64,000 nucleotides of DNA from Nanobdellota archaeon (lineage in GTDB: Archaea > Nanobdellota > Nanobdellia > Pacearchaeales > GW2011-AR1), in assembly GCA_030647095.1 (NCBI GenBank), contig JAUSKH010000043.1, positions 1,732 through 65,731 on the forward strand, written 5' to 3'. The notes beneath the pieces were generated by a model that saw nothing but the letters and a program-made list of their open reading frames with translations, was not told the origin of the DNA and did no database searches. This document shows, piece by piece, positions 19,571 to 29,348 of the stretch (the first letter of the stretch is position 1; each line of letters begins with the position of its first letter). The translations under genes and the position numbers were made by a program.

Positions 19571-19954
19571 TTGCACCTCATCACAATGATTCTAAAACAA
19601 TCTTATCAGGCTCTTGAACCTCCACCGCTTTCTAAAGCTGTGCATGGAATCCATGTAAAAAGGATGATTAAACTTGGAAATTCTTCTTATTTTAATAAAC
19701 TTGCTAAGTTCTCGCCTTTTCTATTAGCTGAAATGGATGAATTTATAGAGAGAAATTCTCTTGTTATCAATGGAAATAATAAAATAAAGCAAAAACATTA
19801 TTGCTGTCCGCAGTGCTTAAAGGCGCATGCACTAATATGCAGCAGAGAAATGAAACTTGGAAATAATATAGAGAAAATTGTAAATAAATTATTTGAAGGA
19901 GAGGTAGGGCACGGAGAGTATTATTTAGATGGAGAGGTTTTGATAAAAGTTTAA
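19571..19954 (+). CDS. Hypothetical 127-aa protein (CxxC)
   Basis: ORF only. Confidence 0.3.
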   Translation: MHLITMILKQSYQALEPPPLSKAVHGIHVKRMIKLGNSSYFNKLAKFSPFLLAEMDEFIERNSLVINGNNKIKQKHYCCPQCLKAHALICSREMKLGNNIEKIVNKLFEGEVGHGEYYLDGEVLIKV

Positions 19955-22065
19955 GATGGATCCCAGAAAAGGTTCTTACTTTCTGAATTGTCTTTTCTTT
20001 CTGAATCATCCTTGTTTTCAGTAGGATGAGTTGAAGTTGTCTTTGAGAATCTAGGATCTTTCTCGTTCTTCTGACGATTCATGAATTGCCTGATGAATTC
20101 TTCGTGCTCGCCTCTGTTCATGATTTTCTTTGCTCTCCAGATATTCATGTCCCCTACTTTCTCTGCTTTGACTTTTCCTGACGTTCTCTTATGTACTGCT
20201 TCAGAAATAAGAACTTCTGACCTAGCATAATTTGAAATTCTTTTGGCTGTGCCGACTGTATTGCCTAGAGGTGTAAACTTGAACTTGCCTTCGCTTTGAT
20301 CTACTACTATATCTCCTATGTGGATACCTAAACCGAAATCAAGTTTCTGAACAAATTTCTTATTGCTCTCGTTGAATAATCTATCTATCTCTTGTCCTGT
20401 TCTCAAAGCCCTCATTATATTTTCTGTTTCTCCTGTAAGGGCTGGTGCAAACACAAGAAGCTTATAATCTCCTTCTGCATATATTTTTGCTTTGGTTTCT
20501 TTTGCTATAGATACTGCTCGTTGGATAGCTTCCAGTGTTGGAGAATTAGGAATGTGTTGTAGGTCAGTCATATTACGGATATATAATGAGATAATTGCTG
20601 CCTCCTGCTTTTGACCTTTTTCTATGACACTTGCTTTATTGGTACCGGTTAGTTTGCGCGTAGCAACTGTTCCAGAGGATGAAGAACCAACTTTTATAGG
20701 AGAGTAAGATTTTGTTGGACTTGTTCCTGTGTATTTTTTCTTGGCAACTCTACGATAATAATATATTGCTATCACTGCAAGGATAATGAGTATGATAACC
20801 CAGATCCAAATGAAAAAATTATTTTTTAATACATTTGTTGCTGAATCTAGTGATATTACGCTGCCTGTGATAGACACTTTACCTAGACTTTCACTTTTTG
20901 TTCCATCTGAAACTTGAACATCGTACTCTCCTGTTGGGGCTACTAATTTTAAGTTCTTTGATTCATCGATACCTACTGAGATGTCCCTTACTTCTTTTAC
21001 TCCTCCAATTGAAATCTCTACAGGGCGCTTGTAACGAACATTGCCAGTATTAGTGATTACTAAAGCGCCATTAATCATACTAAATGTTGCAGTCATCAAT
21101 TCATCTACATAGAACTCGTTAGTTGCTTCTAAATCACCTGTTTTTGCTAATACTTTCCAATCTCCTGCAGTGTAATTAGATTCTGTTGGGAAAGAGTTTG
21201 TTGCTGCAGATCTTACAAGTTTTTTATCAAAAACAGAACTATCTGGCTTATAGAAAGTGACGCCTACATCATCCTCAATTTGTTGTCCTGCCTGATCTAA
21301 GATATTTACGGTATATTCGATTGGATTTCCGGGGGTTACTGTTTTAGTTGGGAAAGAGATGCTAATATCTTTCATTATCTGTTTTAATTTTATGCTCTCT
21401 GTTGCGTTGCCTTCGTTGAGTATTTTGCCTGCACTATCTTTTTCATATACGTGTGCCTGAACTTCATAAACTCCCGGAAGTGCATCTAGTGGAAGAGTAA
21501 TATTAAATTCAAAATTACCTGACTGTATTGGGCTAAGGATAGTTATATTTAAGTTTGGTATTAAAATTCCTGCAAAACCGGTGAGTGGAAGACCGTTTGC
21601 TTTTGTTGCTTTTCCTTTAACGATTATAGATTTCCCTGGATCGAAAGCTACTCCCTGAATGTCTAAAGAAATATCTACTCTTTTTGTGATGTCAAACTCA
21701 CGAGAATTTGTTTGCTCATTGTCATATGAGAATCTTATAGAACAGCTACCTTCGCTTATGTTTCCTAGAAGAAAATCATCGAATTTTCCTGTTATAATAA
21801 TCTCTTTTCTTTCACCTTCCTTCAGAGTGTAAAAGCTTCTGTATATTTCAGTTTGTTGTGAATCACAGATGAGTGTTGAAGAAAAGAAACCAGTTGTATC
21901 TTTAGAAGGTAAAAGGCTTACTGAAATATTGAATGGGTCTCCAAGATTATACAAAGACTCTGTCTGTCCCCCAAGTATTTCTGCTGCAATTAAGGGTGTA
22001 TTTATTAATAGGACGGTGAAAGCAAGGAATATGCTTATTGATAGCCCTCTTTTAATGCTATTCAT
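19951..22065 (-). CDS. Receptor-like membrane protein with a large extracellular domain, one TM and a cytoplasmic class III nucleotidyl cyclase homology domain
   Basis: Signal peptide. TM NNFFIWIWVIILIILAVIAIYYY. CHD motifs AAIISLYIRNMTDL, YAEGDYKLLVFAPA, FGLGIHIGDIVV and FTPLGNTVGTAKRIS...EVLISEAV. Confidence 0.65.
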   Translation of the reverse strand: MNSIKRGLSISIFLAFTVLLINTPLIAAEILGGQTESLYNLGDPFNISVSLLPSKDTTGFFSSTLICDSQQTEIYRSFYTLKEGERKEIIITGKFDDFLLGNISEGSCSIRFSYDNEQTNSREFDITKRVDISLDIQGVAFDPGKSIIVKGKATKANGLPLTGFAGILIPNLNITILSPIQSGNFEFNITLPLDALPGVYEVQAHVYEKDSAGKILNEGNATESIKLKQIMKDISISFPTKTVTPGNPIEYTVNILDQAGQQIEDDVGVTFYKPDSSVFDKKLVRSAATNSFPTESNYTAGDWKVLAKTGDLEATNEFYVDELMTATFSMINGALVITNTGNVRYKRPVEISIGGVKEVRDISVGIDESKNLKLVAPTGEYDVQVSDGTKSESLGKVSITGSVISLDSATNVLKNNFFIWIWVIILIILAVIAIYYYRRVAKKKYTGTSPTKSYSPIKVGSSSSGTVATRKLTGTNKASVIEKGQKQEAAIISLYIRNMTDLQHIPNSPTLEAIQRAVSIAKETKAKIYAEGDYKLLVFAPALTGETENIMRALRTGQEIDRLFNESNKKFVQKLDFGLGIHIGDIVVDQSEGKFKFTPLGNTVGTAKRISNYARSEVLISEAVHKRTSGKVKAEKVGDMNIWRAKKIMNRGEHEEFIRQFMNRQKNEKDPRFSKTTSTHPTENKDDSERKDNSESKNLFWDPS

Positions 22066-22131
22066 AGATTGGTTAATTCCCTTTTATATATAAATCTTGT
22101 TGCAGATGAATATTTATAAATATTCTGGTCG

Positions 22132-22215
22132 ATATGTCAAGATTTGTTTCATGCAAATCTTGATCACAGCAAAAATGTTTCCATTTTTGTGCCATCAAAA
22201 CTTTCCAAGTTTTAG
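22132..22215. repeat. Internal fragment of the MITE-like element
   Basis: Matches 60842-60925, with two hairpin modules present as exact reverse complements. Confidence 0.6.
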
Positions 22216-22952
22216 TTGTTAAAATAATTTTTTTGTTGATATCTAAGGTCTAAATCGGATTTTATCTTTAAAACCTCTTTTAAATAATGTTTATTTCCAC
22301 CACCGTTGTAACGCTTTACTGCTTCTTCCCATGAGCGCCAATCTTTGATATATGGTATTTTTTTCTTGTCCTGCGATTTTATATCATGAATTGCTGATTT
22401 GTGATAGAGCCAACCGACACCACCCAGAATGCTTGACTTGGCATCCATATTACTTTGGGAATAGTCCCAGACTCCATTTCTATGAGGTGTTTCTTTTTTT
22501 TCTTCCAACGAAGAAAAATCTCCTATCAAATATGTGTTCTCCTTTTTTTCAGCTAGAACATGAAGCGCGTGGTCTCCTTGATTTGCAATTTGCATAGGGT
22601 CATAGAGAAATGCTTTCGTTCTATGTTTAGGATTACCAGATTCAACTGCAATCATTGCTTTAATGAGATTACTTTCTGGTGCTCTCCCATGTTTTTCTTT
22701 GAAATAATCAATAGTCTCTTTGATTGTGGTATCATAGATATCAAGATAAGAATAATCTGATTCTATTTTTACTTGTGAATTTTGTATTTTATTGAGTGCT
22801 GGTTTATCATAATTTGCTCTTTGTTTTACATTTTGTTTTGCTATATTTATTTGGTGTCCTTTATTAGCGGCTTCTGCGTTCGTTGATGTCAAAAGCGCGG
22901 CAGCTAGTCCTGTGACAAATACAGATCTTACAAAAGAATCTCTTTTCTTCAT
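22212..22952 (-). CDS. Secreted SLT-domain (lytic transglycosylase/GEWL-like) protein
   Basis: Signal peptide. MIAVESGNP (catalytic ES), YDPMQI (GLMQ-like) and KRYNGGG (AYNAG-like). Confidence 0.5.
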   Translation of the reverse strand: MKKRDSFVRSVFVTGLAAALLTSTNAEAANKGHQINIAKQNVKQRANYDKPALNKIQNSQVKIESDYSYLDIYDTTIKETIDYFKEKHGRAPESNLIKAMIAVESGNPKHRTKAFLYDPMQIANQGDHALHVLAEKKENTYLIGDFSSLEEKKETPHRNGVWDYSQSNMDAKSSILGGVGWLYHKSAIHDIKSQDKKKIPYIKDWRSWEEAVKRYNGGGNKHYLKEVLKIKSDLDLRYQQKNYFNN

Positions 22953-23065
22953 GAAAAATGCAGTAAAAATTGACTTTTAAACCTTTCTATTTGTAACTAT
23001 GGCTTAGTAGTCACAATTAAATAGCTGATAAATTTATTGAGATTAAATAAGCTAACACTCTGTAC

Positions 23066-23293
23066 TTATTTCTTAACTTCTAAATAATAAGCTGGACCAG
23101 CAAAAACCTTTCCTGTTCTTGTGCATTTCCAAATGCCTGCAGCAATTCTCTTTGCTCTGCCTCTAGGATGAAATGGTGATTGTTGTCTTTTGCGCTGAGG
23201 TCCTTCAATTGCATTAAAGCGATCTCTAACATTCTTTCCATAGCCTACTCCTATTCTTCCAAAAGCCTTAATCTTCTTTGTTTTTGCTCCCAT
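23066..23293 (-). CDS. rpl37ae: 50S ribosomal protein L37Ae (eL43), variant lacking the zinc-binding Cys4
   Basis: KTKKIKAFGRIGVGYGKNVR...RIAAGIWKCTRTGKVFAGPAY aligns to eL43. The CxxC pairs are replaced (SPFHPRGR). Confidence 0.75.
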   Translation of the reverse strand: MGAKTKKIKAFGRIGVGYGKNVRDRFNAIEGPQRKRQQSPFHPRGRAKRIAAGIWKCTRTGKVFAGPAYYLEVKK

Positions 23294-23388
23294 AATTTAG
23301 AGAGTGTAAAATAGGTTTTTAAAGATTCCTACTATGTTATTATTTCGACTCAAAGAAAGCAAACTATTATAAAACATATTCTAATAAC

Positions 23389-24090
23389 GTGAAAATGAAA
23401 GCAGTAATACTTGCAGCGGGAAGAGGGAAGAGAATGGGAGAATTGACTAGATATTTACCTAAGCCGTTGCTATCTATTAATAATAGACCTTTTCTTTTTT
23501 ACAATTTAAAAAATTTAATAGGGTGTGGTTACAATGATATAGGGATTGTTGTTGGATATCAAAAGGAAAGAATAGAAGAGTTTCTTGCTGAAAATAAATT
23601 TAATGCTACACTTATAGACCAAGGTGAACCAAAAGGAACCGGACATGCTGTTAAATGTGCTAAAGAATTTTGTAAGGATAATAATTTTTTAGTATTAAAC
23701 GGAGATAATTATTATGATATTGATGTCATAAAAAAGATGAGTTTGTTTCAAGGGTCTAATGCTATTTGTGGAGTAATACATGAAAGTCCTGAAAGATTTG
23801 GAGTGTTGTTGGAAAGAGATGGCTTTTTAGAAAGAATAGCTGAAAAGCCTAAGACATATTTTGGAAATTTGATAAATATAGGTTTGTACAAATTTACTGC
23901 TGAGATATTTGATGCTTTAGATAAAATTAAACTTTCTGAAAGAGGAGAATACGAATTAACAGATGCGCTTAGTATTCTGGCGCAACAACAGAAAGTTAGG
24001 GTAATAAAAAGTAATTTTCCGTGGTTTGATCTAGGATCTCCTGAAGATATTCCTCTTATTGAGGAATTTTTTAAGCAGAAAAAGATCTAG
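23389..24090 (+). CDS. Sugar-phosphate nucleotidyltransferase (NTP-transferase domain)
   Basis: MKAVILAAGRGKRMGELTRYLPKPLL N-terminal signature. Confidence 0.8.
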   Translation: MKMKAVILAAGRGKRMGELTRYLPKPLLSINNRPFLFYNLKNLIGCGYNDIGIVVGYQKERIEEFLAENKFNATLIDQGEPKGTGHAVKCAKEFCKDNNFLVLNGDNYYDIDVIKKMSLFQGSNAICGVIHESPERFGVLLERDGFLERIAEKPKTYFGNLINIGLYKFTAEIFDALDKIKLSERGEYELTDALSILAQQQKVRVIKSNFPWFDLGSPEDIPLIEEFFKQKKI

Positions 24091-24093
24091 ATT

Positions 24094-24609
24094 TTGGAAG
24101 GGTTTAAATATAAGCAAGAGGTGTTTTTCGAGGAGAAATACACGATAATAACCATAAAATTTAAGCTGTATCTGGCGCATCCTTTTCTTAGTAGAAAAAT
24201 GATAAGGGAGTGGGAACTTAAAATAGAAAAAGAGTTTAATATTGAACTTGCTAATCCTTTTTATGACAGAGATGGGGAAGGTGGAAGGGAAGATATTGCT
24301 GCATGGGATCAAGGATTAAAGCCTCAGAAAGACGATGATTATGAGTTTAAACTGGTGCAGAAAGATATTGGTTTAATTGGCACTTGTGATGGTGTTGTTG
24401 CAATAGTTGATGGGAATTTATCTTATGGAACAATTATGGAAATGGTTTATGGCAATATATTAAAGAAACCTGTATTTATTATCTGCACAAACAAATCAAA
24501 CGATCATCCGTGGTTTGTTTATCATGGTACAAAGATATATAATTCTTTTGATGAATTTGAAAAAGATATTAATTATGTGTCTGAAACTGTTAAGAAATTG
24601 AATATATAA
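24094..24609 (+). CDS. Nucleoside 2-deoxyribosyltransferase-like protein
   Basis: LYLAHPF...DGVVAIVDGNLSYGTIMEMVYGNILKKPV pattern. Start uncertain. Confidence 0.45.
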   Translation: MEGFKYKQEVFFEEKYTIITIKFKLYLAHPFLSRKMIREWELKIEKEFNIELANPFYDRDGEGGREDIAAWDQGLKPQKDDDYEFKLVQKDIGLIGTCDGVVAIVDGNLSYGTIMEMVYGNILKKPVFIICTNKSNDHPWFVYHGTKIYNSFDEFEKDINYVSETVKKLNI

Positions 24610-24670
24610 TTTTTTCTGTTGCGTGTCTTGATATAATAAGTTTTATAACTCCATTTATTTTTATTAAAAC

Positions 24671-25411
24671 ATGGGAAAGATAGTTGCGATAGGTGGAGGA
24701 GAATTGAAAGATTTAGATACTTTGCCTTTAGATAAGGAAATAGTCAAACTTACTGGTAAGCAGCATCCTGTAGCTTTGTTTATTCCAACTGCTAGTGGCG
24801 ATGCTGAAGGGTACTGGCAAACATTTCAGAAAGTTTATAGACAAAAACTGGGATGTAAAACAGAAGTGCTTTATTTAATTAGGGAGAAGAATACAAAAAG
24901 AGAAATTGAAAATAAAATTCTTGAAGTTGATTTAATTTATGTTGGAGGAGGAAATACATTGAAGATGCTTAAAATATGGAAAAAACAAGGAGTGGATAAA
25001 TTGCTTACGAAAGCTTATGAGCAAGGAGTTGTTTTATCTGGTCTTAGTGCTGGAGCTATTTGTTGGTTTAGATATGGTTGTAGTGACTCTCGTAGATTTT
25101 CTAATCCTGAGGATGCTTCTTTTATGAAGGTTAAAGGTCTTAACTTAGTTAATTTAACAGTAAGTCCGCATCATATTAGGGAGAAGAATAGAGATAAAGG
25201 TCTTGTTAAATTAATGCAGAAAACTTCTGGGGTAGGAATCGCTCTTGATGACAATTGCGCCCTTGAAATTGTAGATGGAAATTATAGAATGCTTAGCTCA
25301 AAAAATGGAGCTGGAGCTAAGAAAATTTATTACTCTGGGGGTAAACCTTATTCAAAGAAAATTGATATAACTGAGAAATACAGTTTACTTTCTGACTTGA
25401 TGAAAAAATAG
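24671..25411 (+). CDS. Peptidase S51 family (dipeptidase E/cyanophycinase-like)
   Basis: Nucleophile-elbow GLSAG, IYVGGGNT, and a class-I glutamine-amidotransferase-like fold pattern. Confidence 0.7.
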   Translation: MGKIVAIGGGELKDLDTLPLDKEIVKLTGKQHPVALFIPTASGDAEGYWQTFQKVYRQKLGCKTEVLYLIREKNTKREIENKILEVDLIYVGGGNTLKMLKIWKKQGVDKLLTKAYEQGVVLSGLSAGAICWFRYGCSDSRRFSNPEDASFMKVKGLNLVNLTVSPHHIREKNRDKGLVKLMQKTSGVGIALDDNCALEIVDGNYRMLSSKNGAGAKKIYYSGGKPYSKKIDITEKYSLLSDLMKK

Positions 25412-25873
25412 TTATTTATTGTGTTTTAAGAAGTTGTTTATTAAATCGGCTTTATTTTTTCTATTTGTTTCAGCATAAGCTTGTGCTTCTGCATCTAAAG
25501 TAAAACAAGAGATTTCCATATCATCTAATCTCATTTGTATTATTCTATTTGCTAATAGTTTACTAACATATTTTCCAGTATCTCTTTCTCCTAAAATATG
25601 GACTTCCAAGTCACCAATTGTTATTTTAATCTCCCAAGCTGGTTCCTCTCCAGAGATTTTCAATTCTTTTATACTAGAAGGAGTATAATTAGAAAAGATA
25701 TCTTTAATTCTTCTCAAATCTCTTAATTGAATAACTATATCCAGATCATTAGGATTAACATTCATTCCTTGAGTTGCCATGTTTACACTTCCAATTAAAG
25801 CCCATTTAATTTTGTTCTCTTTAAAAGAGAGATTTATTATTTTTATTGCTTCTTTAAATTCTTGGTTAAGCAT
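25412..25873 (-). CDS. Nucleotidyltransferase-fold domain protein
   Basis: LIGSVNMATQG...DLDIVI pattern (GS...DxD). Confidence 0.4.
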   Translation of the reverse strand: MLNQEFKEAIKIINLSFKENKIKWALIGSVNMATQGMNVNPNDLDIVIQLRDLRRIKDIFSNYTPSSIKELKISGEEPAWEIKITIGDLEVHILGERDTGKYVSKLLANRIIQMRLDDMEISCFTLDAEAQAYAETNRKNKADLINNFLKHNK

Positions 25874-25942
25874 GTTTATTTTAAATTGGTTACTTACCTA
25901 TTTAGATAAACTTGGGTCGCTGCTCTAATATTGTGAATCAAC

Positions 25943-26872
25943 TTACTCTCTTCCAAACAATCTTCTTAAAAATACAGAAAATCTCTGTAAAATACCTAAA
26001 TTCTTACATTTATTATCGATACAAAAATTAGGGGTACATTCAGAATTTTTGCTACAGATATTTTCTTTTGTTATATTTATTTGATAATCTTCTGTTTCAT
26101 TATTAAATTGTTCTTGATATTGAGTTTTGTTGAGTAATTGTGTGTTTTGTTCTGTATTCTTAACACTGGGATTCTGAACTTCTTTACTATTATTTTCATC
26201 TGGTCCTGCGCAATTATCAGACGATAGAACTACATTATTTACTGTTCCATCTTCTCCCTTGAATGACAATCCTATGTTTCCCAGAGGGTTTGGACTATGG
26301 GTACTGATGATAATTTCTATTATTCCTACCTGAACTGGTGTAATGTCTGAAGACCTAAACCCAGGTCTGTCAATTCTAAAGGGGATCTTGCCCTCAGGTA
26401 GTAATGATCTTGGAAGCAATGGTCCACTTCTTTGCGAATATCTTAGATTCGTATGAGCTAAATTCTCAAGTATTGTTAAATTCTCAACTACTTTTAATAT
26501 GTCTTGGTCTTCTCCTTGTAAACCTTCTGAATCAGTTATATGTGCAGATAGATAAACTGTTTGATTTAGATATTCTGTTGAGTTCCAAAGATATAGACAG
26601 GATTTTGAATGAGCATATTCGCCTGGAGGATCAACGCAGGGATTACCCGCAGTATCGCACATACATCTTTCTTCTATTATTTTACAATAATGACTTATTA
26701 TTTTGCCAGTTGGGAGGCATTCTGAAAAAACGCCTGGTGGTTCATTACAAAATCCGCCACCCATATTTATACTTCCAATCGTTTTACCAGTTATCTGAAT
26801 ACCATCAACAAGCTTTGCTGTTGAAAATAGCAATAGAAGTATAAAAATTAAATTAAAAGACCTCTTAATCAT
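25943..26872 (-). CDS. Secreted cysteine-rich protein (hypothetical)
   Basis: Signal peptide MIKRSFNLIFILLLLFSTAKLV. Cys-rich C-terminus. Confidence 0.55.
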   Translation of the reverse strand: MIKRSFNLIFILLLLFSTAKLVDGIQITGKTIGSINMGGGFCNEPPGVFSECLPTGKIISHYCKIIEERCMCDTAGNPCVDPPGEYAHSKSCLYLWNSTEYLNQTVYLSAHITDSEGLQGEDQDILKVVENLTILENLAHTNLRYSQRSGPLLPRSLLPEGKIPFRIDRPGFRSSDITPVQVGIIEIIISTHSPNPLGNIGLSFKGEDGTVNNVVLSSDNCAGPDENNSKEVQNPSVKNTEQNTQLLNKTQYQEQFNNETEDYQINITKENICSKNSECTPNFCIDNKCKNLGILQRFSVFLRRLFGRE

Positions 26873-26976
26873 TTCTTAAAGATGAAAAACAGATATATAA
26901 ATCTTATCTCATGATTGGTCTTTTATAAATACAATTGTATAATTAAGATTAATAATCTTCTAATATTAAATTAAAA

Positions 26977-27050
26977 TGGGGCTGCCAGGATTTGAACCTG
27001 GGTCGCGAGGTCCCAAACCTCGAATACTAACCAAGCTATAATACAGCCCC
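26977..27050 (-). tRNA. tRNA-Pro (anticodon UGG)
   Basis: Reverse complement folds as a cloverleaf: acceptor GGGGCTG/CAGCCCC, anticodon stem CGAGG/CCTCG with loop TTTGGGA, T-arm CCAGG-TTCAAAT-CCTGG. Confidence 0.75.
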
Positions 27051-27102
27051 TCCTACAATGATAAAATAAGGGTATTTAAGTTTTCTTAAAAGGACTAAAA
27101 TA

Positions 27103-27239
27103 AAGAGATTTCCTAAGCCTTCGCTATCCCCACAGCAAGCTGATGGGGTATTACGCTCGGCTTCAGGACGGAAATCTCTAATTGTCAAATCGGACGACGC
27201 AGCAAAGCTGCGGGGTATTAAACCCAATTTGACAATAAA
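27103..27239. repeat. 137-bp structured intergenic repeat, copy A (between secE and tRNA-Pro)
   Basis: Identical to 30476-30612. Two hairpin units, each followed by ggggtatta. Terminal inverted repeat taattgtcaaat/atttgacaata. Confidence 0.85.
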
Positions 27240-27247
27240 TTAAGAAA

Positions 27248-27451
27248 TTAACTAAAAAGACGGGCAATAATTTTAACGCCGTCTGCGATGAAAAAGCCTA
27301 GAGCACCGATAACTAGGATACCAAGAGCTGAGATTTTTGATACTGTTTTAAATTCCTCTGAACTTGGCTTTTTTAGTATAAGCCAGACTCTTTTAGATTG
27401 TGCAACAAAAGATTTAATTCTTGCTGTAATAGGAGGTTTTGTTTGGTCCAT
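27248..27451 (-). CDS. secE: Protein translocase subunit SecE (Sec61-gamma)
   Basis: 67 aa with a single C-terminal TM LGILVIGALGFFIADGVKII, typical of archaeal SecE. Confidence 0.65.
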   Translation of the reverse strand: MDQTKPPITARIKSFVAQSKRVWLILKKPSSEEFKTVSKISALGILVIGALGFFIADGVKIIARLFS

Positions 27452-27481
27452 GATTTGTATAAATAAAGTGTATTTTTAAAA

Positions 27482-29317
27482 TTATGCTTGCTGGGGAGGC
27501 CATCTACTTTCCACCCCTTTTGTTAATTCTTCTTTCGGTTTACCCTTTTTAATCAGATAGAATAGTAGAACAAGAATTGTAATTATCAGGACAGACAAGA
27601 TAATTATTACTATGATTAATAAATTCAAGCTTTGGTAATTGCAGGTTTGTTTTTCTGCTGGTTTTTTATCATTAACATTACATGTATTTAAGTCTGTACA
27701 GATTCTTAGTCTAGTTTGGTTTTCTGGGCACTCTGACGGCTGCCAGGAAGTACAGTTCCAGTCAGGTGTGCATGATTTTTGTGGGAGTGTAGAAGAACTA
27801 ACACATGCTTCTGTTTCTTCTTTATATAATTGATTTGTATTACACTCGTTTAGGTCTATGCAAGATTTTATTCTTTGATTATTCAAGCATGGCTCCCAGT
27901 CCCCGCATTCCCAATTAGAAGTGCATGCTGGTTCGTTAGGGTTATTAGCATTGTTTGGATTTCCTGAAGGGGTGGAAGAAGGAGGAAAAAATTCTTTTGC
28001 TGCTGAATGCTTTAAACCTGAAATAGTAAAGGTTGTTTCGGTTAGAGTGCAAGAAAAAGATGAATTTGTACCAGGGCAAGAGATTAGATATTCGTTTGCA
28101 CTTGCACACTTAGAAGAAATAGATGAAATAGAGTCTATATCTGGGCTGTCTTCTATGCAAACTTGTGTGCTTCCATTCTTTCTGTCGAATGTAATATTTT
28201 TATTTCCTTCTATACCTTTTACTATAAAATAACCGAGTTTGCTTGAAGAAGGTTGTTCTATAATTTCATAATTATAGAAGTTGAGTGGTTGAGAGAAATT
28301 GTATAATAGACTTACTCTTGTAATATTACCTTCTTTAAATTCTATTCTCTTTGTACCATTGTAACTTAAAGAGTAGTTGATTATTGATCCTTCTATAGAG
28401 ACATTTAGGCCTATACCGTTTAGATTAATTTCTTTTCCTATTATTCCATTCCCATCGTAGTCACAATAATATATTATAGGTGAGGGTTTGCTTGAGTTAT
28501 TATTACATATATTGAAATCTTCGTAATCTGTTATTTTGGTGTCATTTGACATGCAAGAACTGTTTTGGGGTATCCAATTTGGTATGCACGGTATGTTATA
28601 TGTGATTGGTCTGTTATCTATTTGTGAAATAAACATCTTAGTTGTACCGTTCTTAATGAATACTATTTGCATAGAATTTAGAGTAATATTGTTGCTATAG
28701 TTTGATATAAGAGATATGTACACTAGACCTTGTTCTGAAGAAGATAACTGAAAGTTTGTTGAATTTTTTATTTTGAATTTAGAATTATAGTCCAAATAAG
28801 CATCTTCTTCTGAAGATATATTTCTCGGAAAAGAAGATAGTTCTGGATTTGCCAAAATTTCGTTATCAAACAAAGAGATATTTTCTATGTTGGTTATACT
28901 ACCTAGAATTAATAGGTGCTCGGTTATACTATTTGAGTTAGAAGCTTTGATTGTAATGGAATTATTCCCTTTTAGAACAGTTAGAAGCATATAAGTTTCA
29001 TTTTCAATTATTTTATAAGCCATATAGGATTCGCATTTGCTTTGATCTGAATTATTTGTTATGATGGTTATTCCATTAGAAGATTCATAAAATACTTGAT
29101 CCCAGACTGATTTTATTGCGGCGTCTGAACAGTCTTGTGCAATTGGAAGAGCAATAATTTCTACTCCGCCACTGCCGTCGCCTTCAGGGTTGAGTTCTGA
29201 TTCTGGAGGGGAGAAGTTTATTATTTTGTTATTAATAAGAAAATAGATTAGGAAAATAAGGAAAAATAATATCAAGACTATTAATAGAAATATTAGAACT
29301 TTGACACTTCTTTTCAT
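27482..29317 (-). CDS. Secreted surface protein with two juxtamembrane Cys/Trp modules and a C-terminal TM anchor
   Basis: Signal/TM N-terminus. CTSNWECGDWEPCLNNQRIKSCIDLNEC and CTPDWNCTSWQPSECPENQTRLRICTDLNTC. TM LLIIVIIILSVLIITILVLLFYLI. Confidence 0.65.
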   Translation of the reverse strand: MKRSVKVLIFLLIVLILFFLIFLIYFLINNKIINFSPPESELNPEGDGSGGVEIIALPIAQDCSDAAIKSVWDQVFYESSNGITIITNNSDQSKCESYMAYKIIENETYMLLTVLKGNNSITIKASNSNSITEHLLILGSITNIENISLFDNEILANPELSSFPRNISSEEDAYLDYNSKFKIKNSTNFQLSSSEQGLVYISLISNYSNNITLNSMQIVFIKNGTTKMFISQIDNRPITYNIPCIPNWIPQNSSCMSNDTKITDYEDFNICNNNSSKPSPIIYYCDYDGNGIIGKEINLNGIGLNVSIEGSIINYSLSYNGTKRIEFKEGNITRVSLLYNFSQPLNFYNYEIIEQPSSSKLGYFIVKGIEGNKNITFDRKNGSTQVCIEDSPDIDSISSISSKCASANEYLISCPGTNSSFSCTLTETTFTISGLKHSAAKEFFPPSSTPSGNPNNANNPNEPACTSNWECGDWEPCLNNQRIKSCIDLNECNTNQLYKEETEACVSSSTLPQKSCTPDWNCTSWQPSECPENQTRLRICTDLNTCNVNDKKPAEKQTCNYQSLNLLIIVIIILSVLIITILVLLFYLIKKGKPKEELTKGVESRWPPQQA

Positions 29318-29348
29318 CTTACTTCAAAGATTATGAGTATTATAAATA

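Noticed and set aside
27036-27227. 63-aa ORF overlapping tRNA-Pro and the 137-bp repeat
   Set aside because: Spans a tRNA gene and a structured repeat, so it is an artefact of the repeat sequence. The same frame also appears wherever the repeat occurs.
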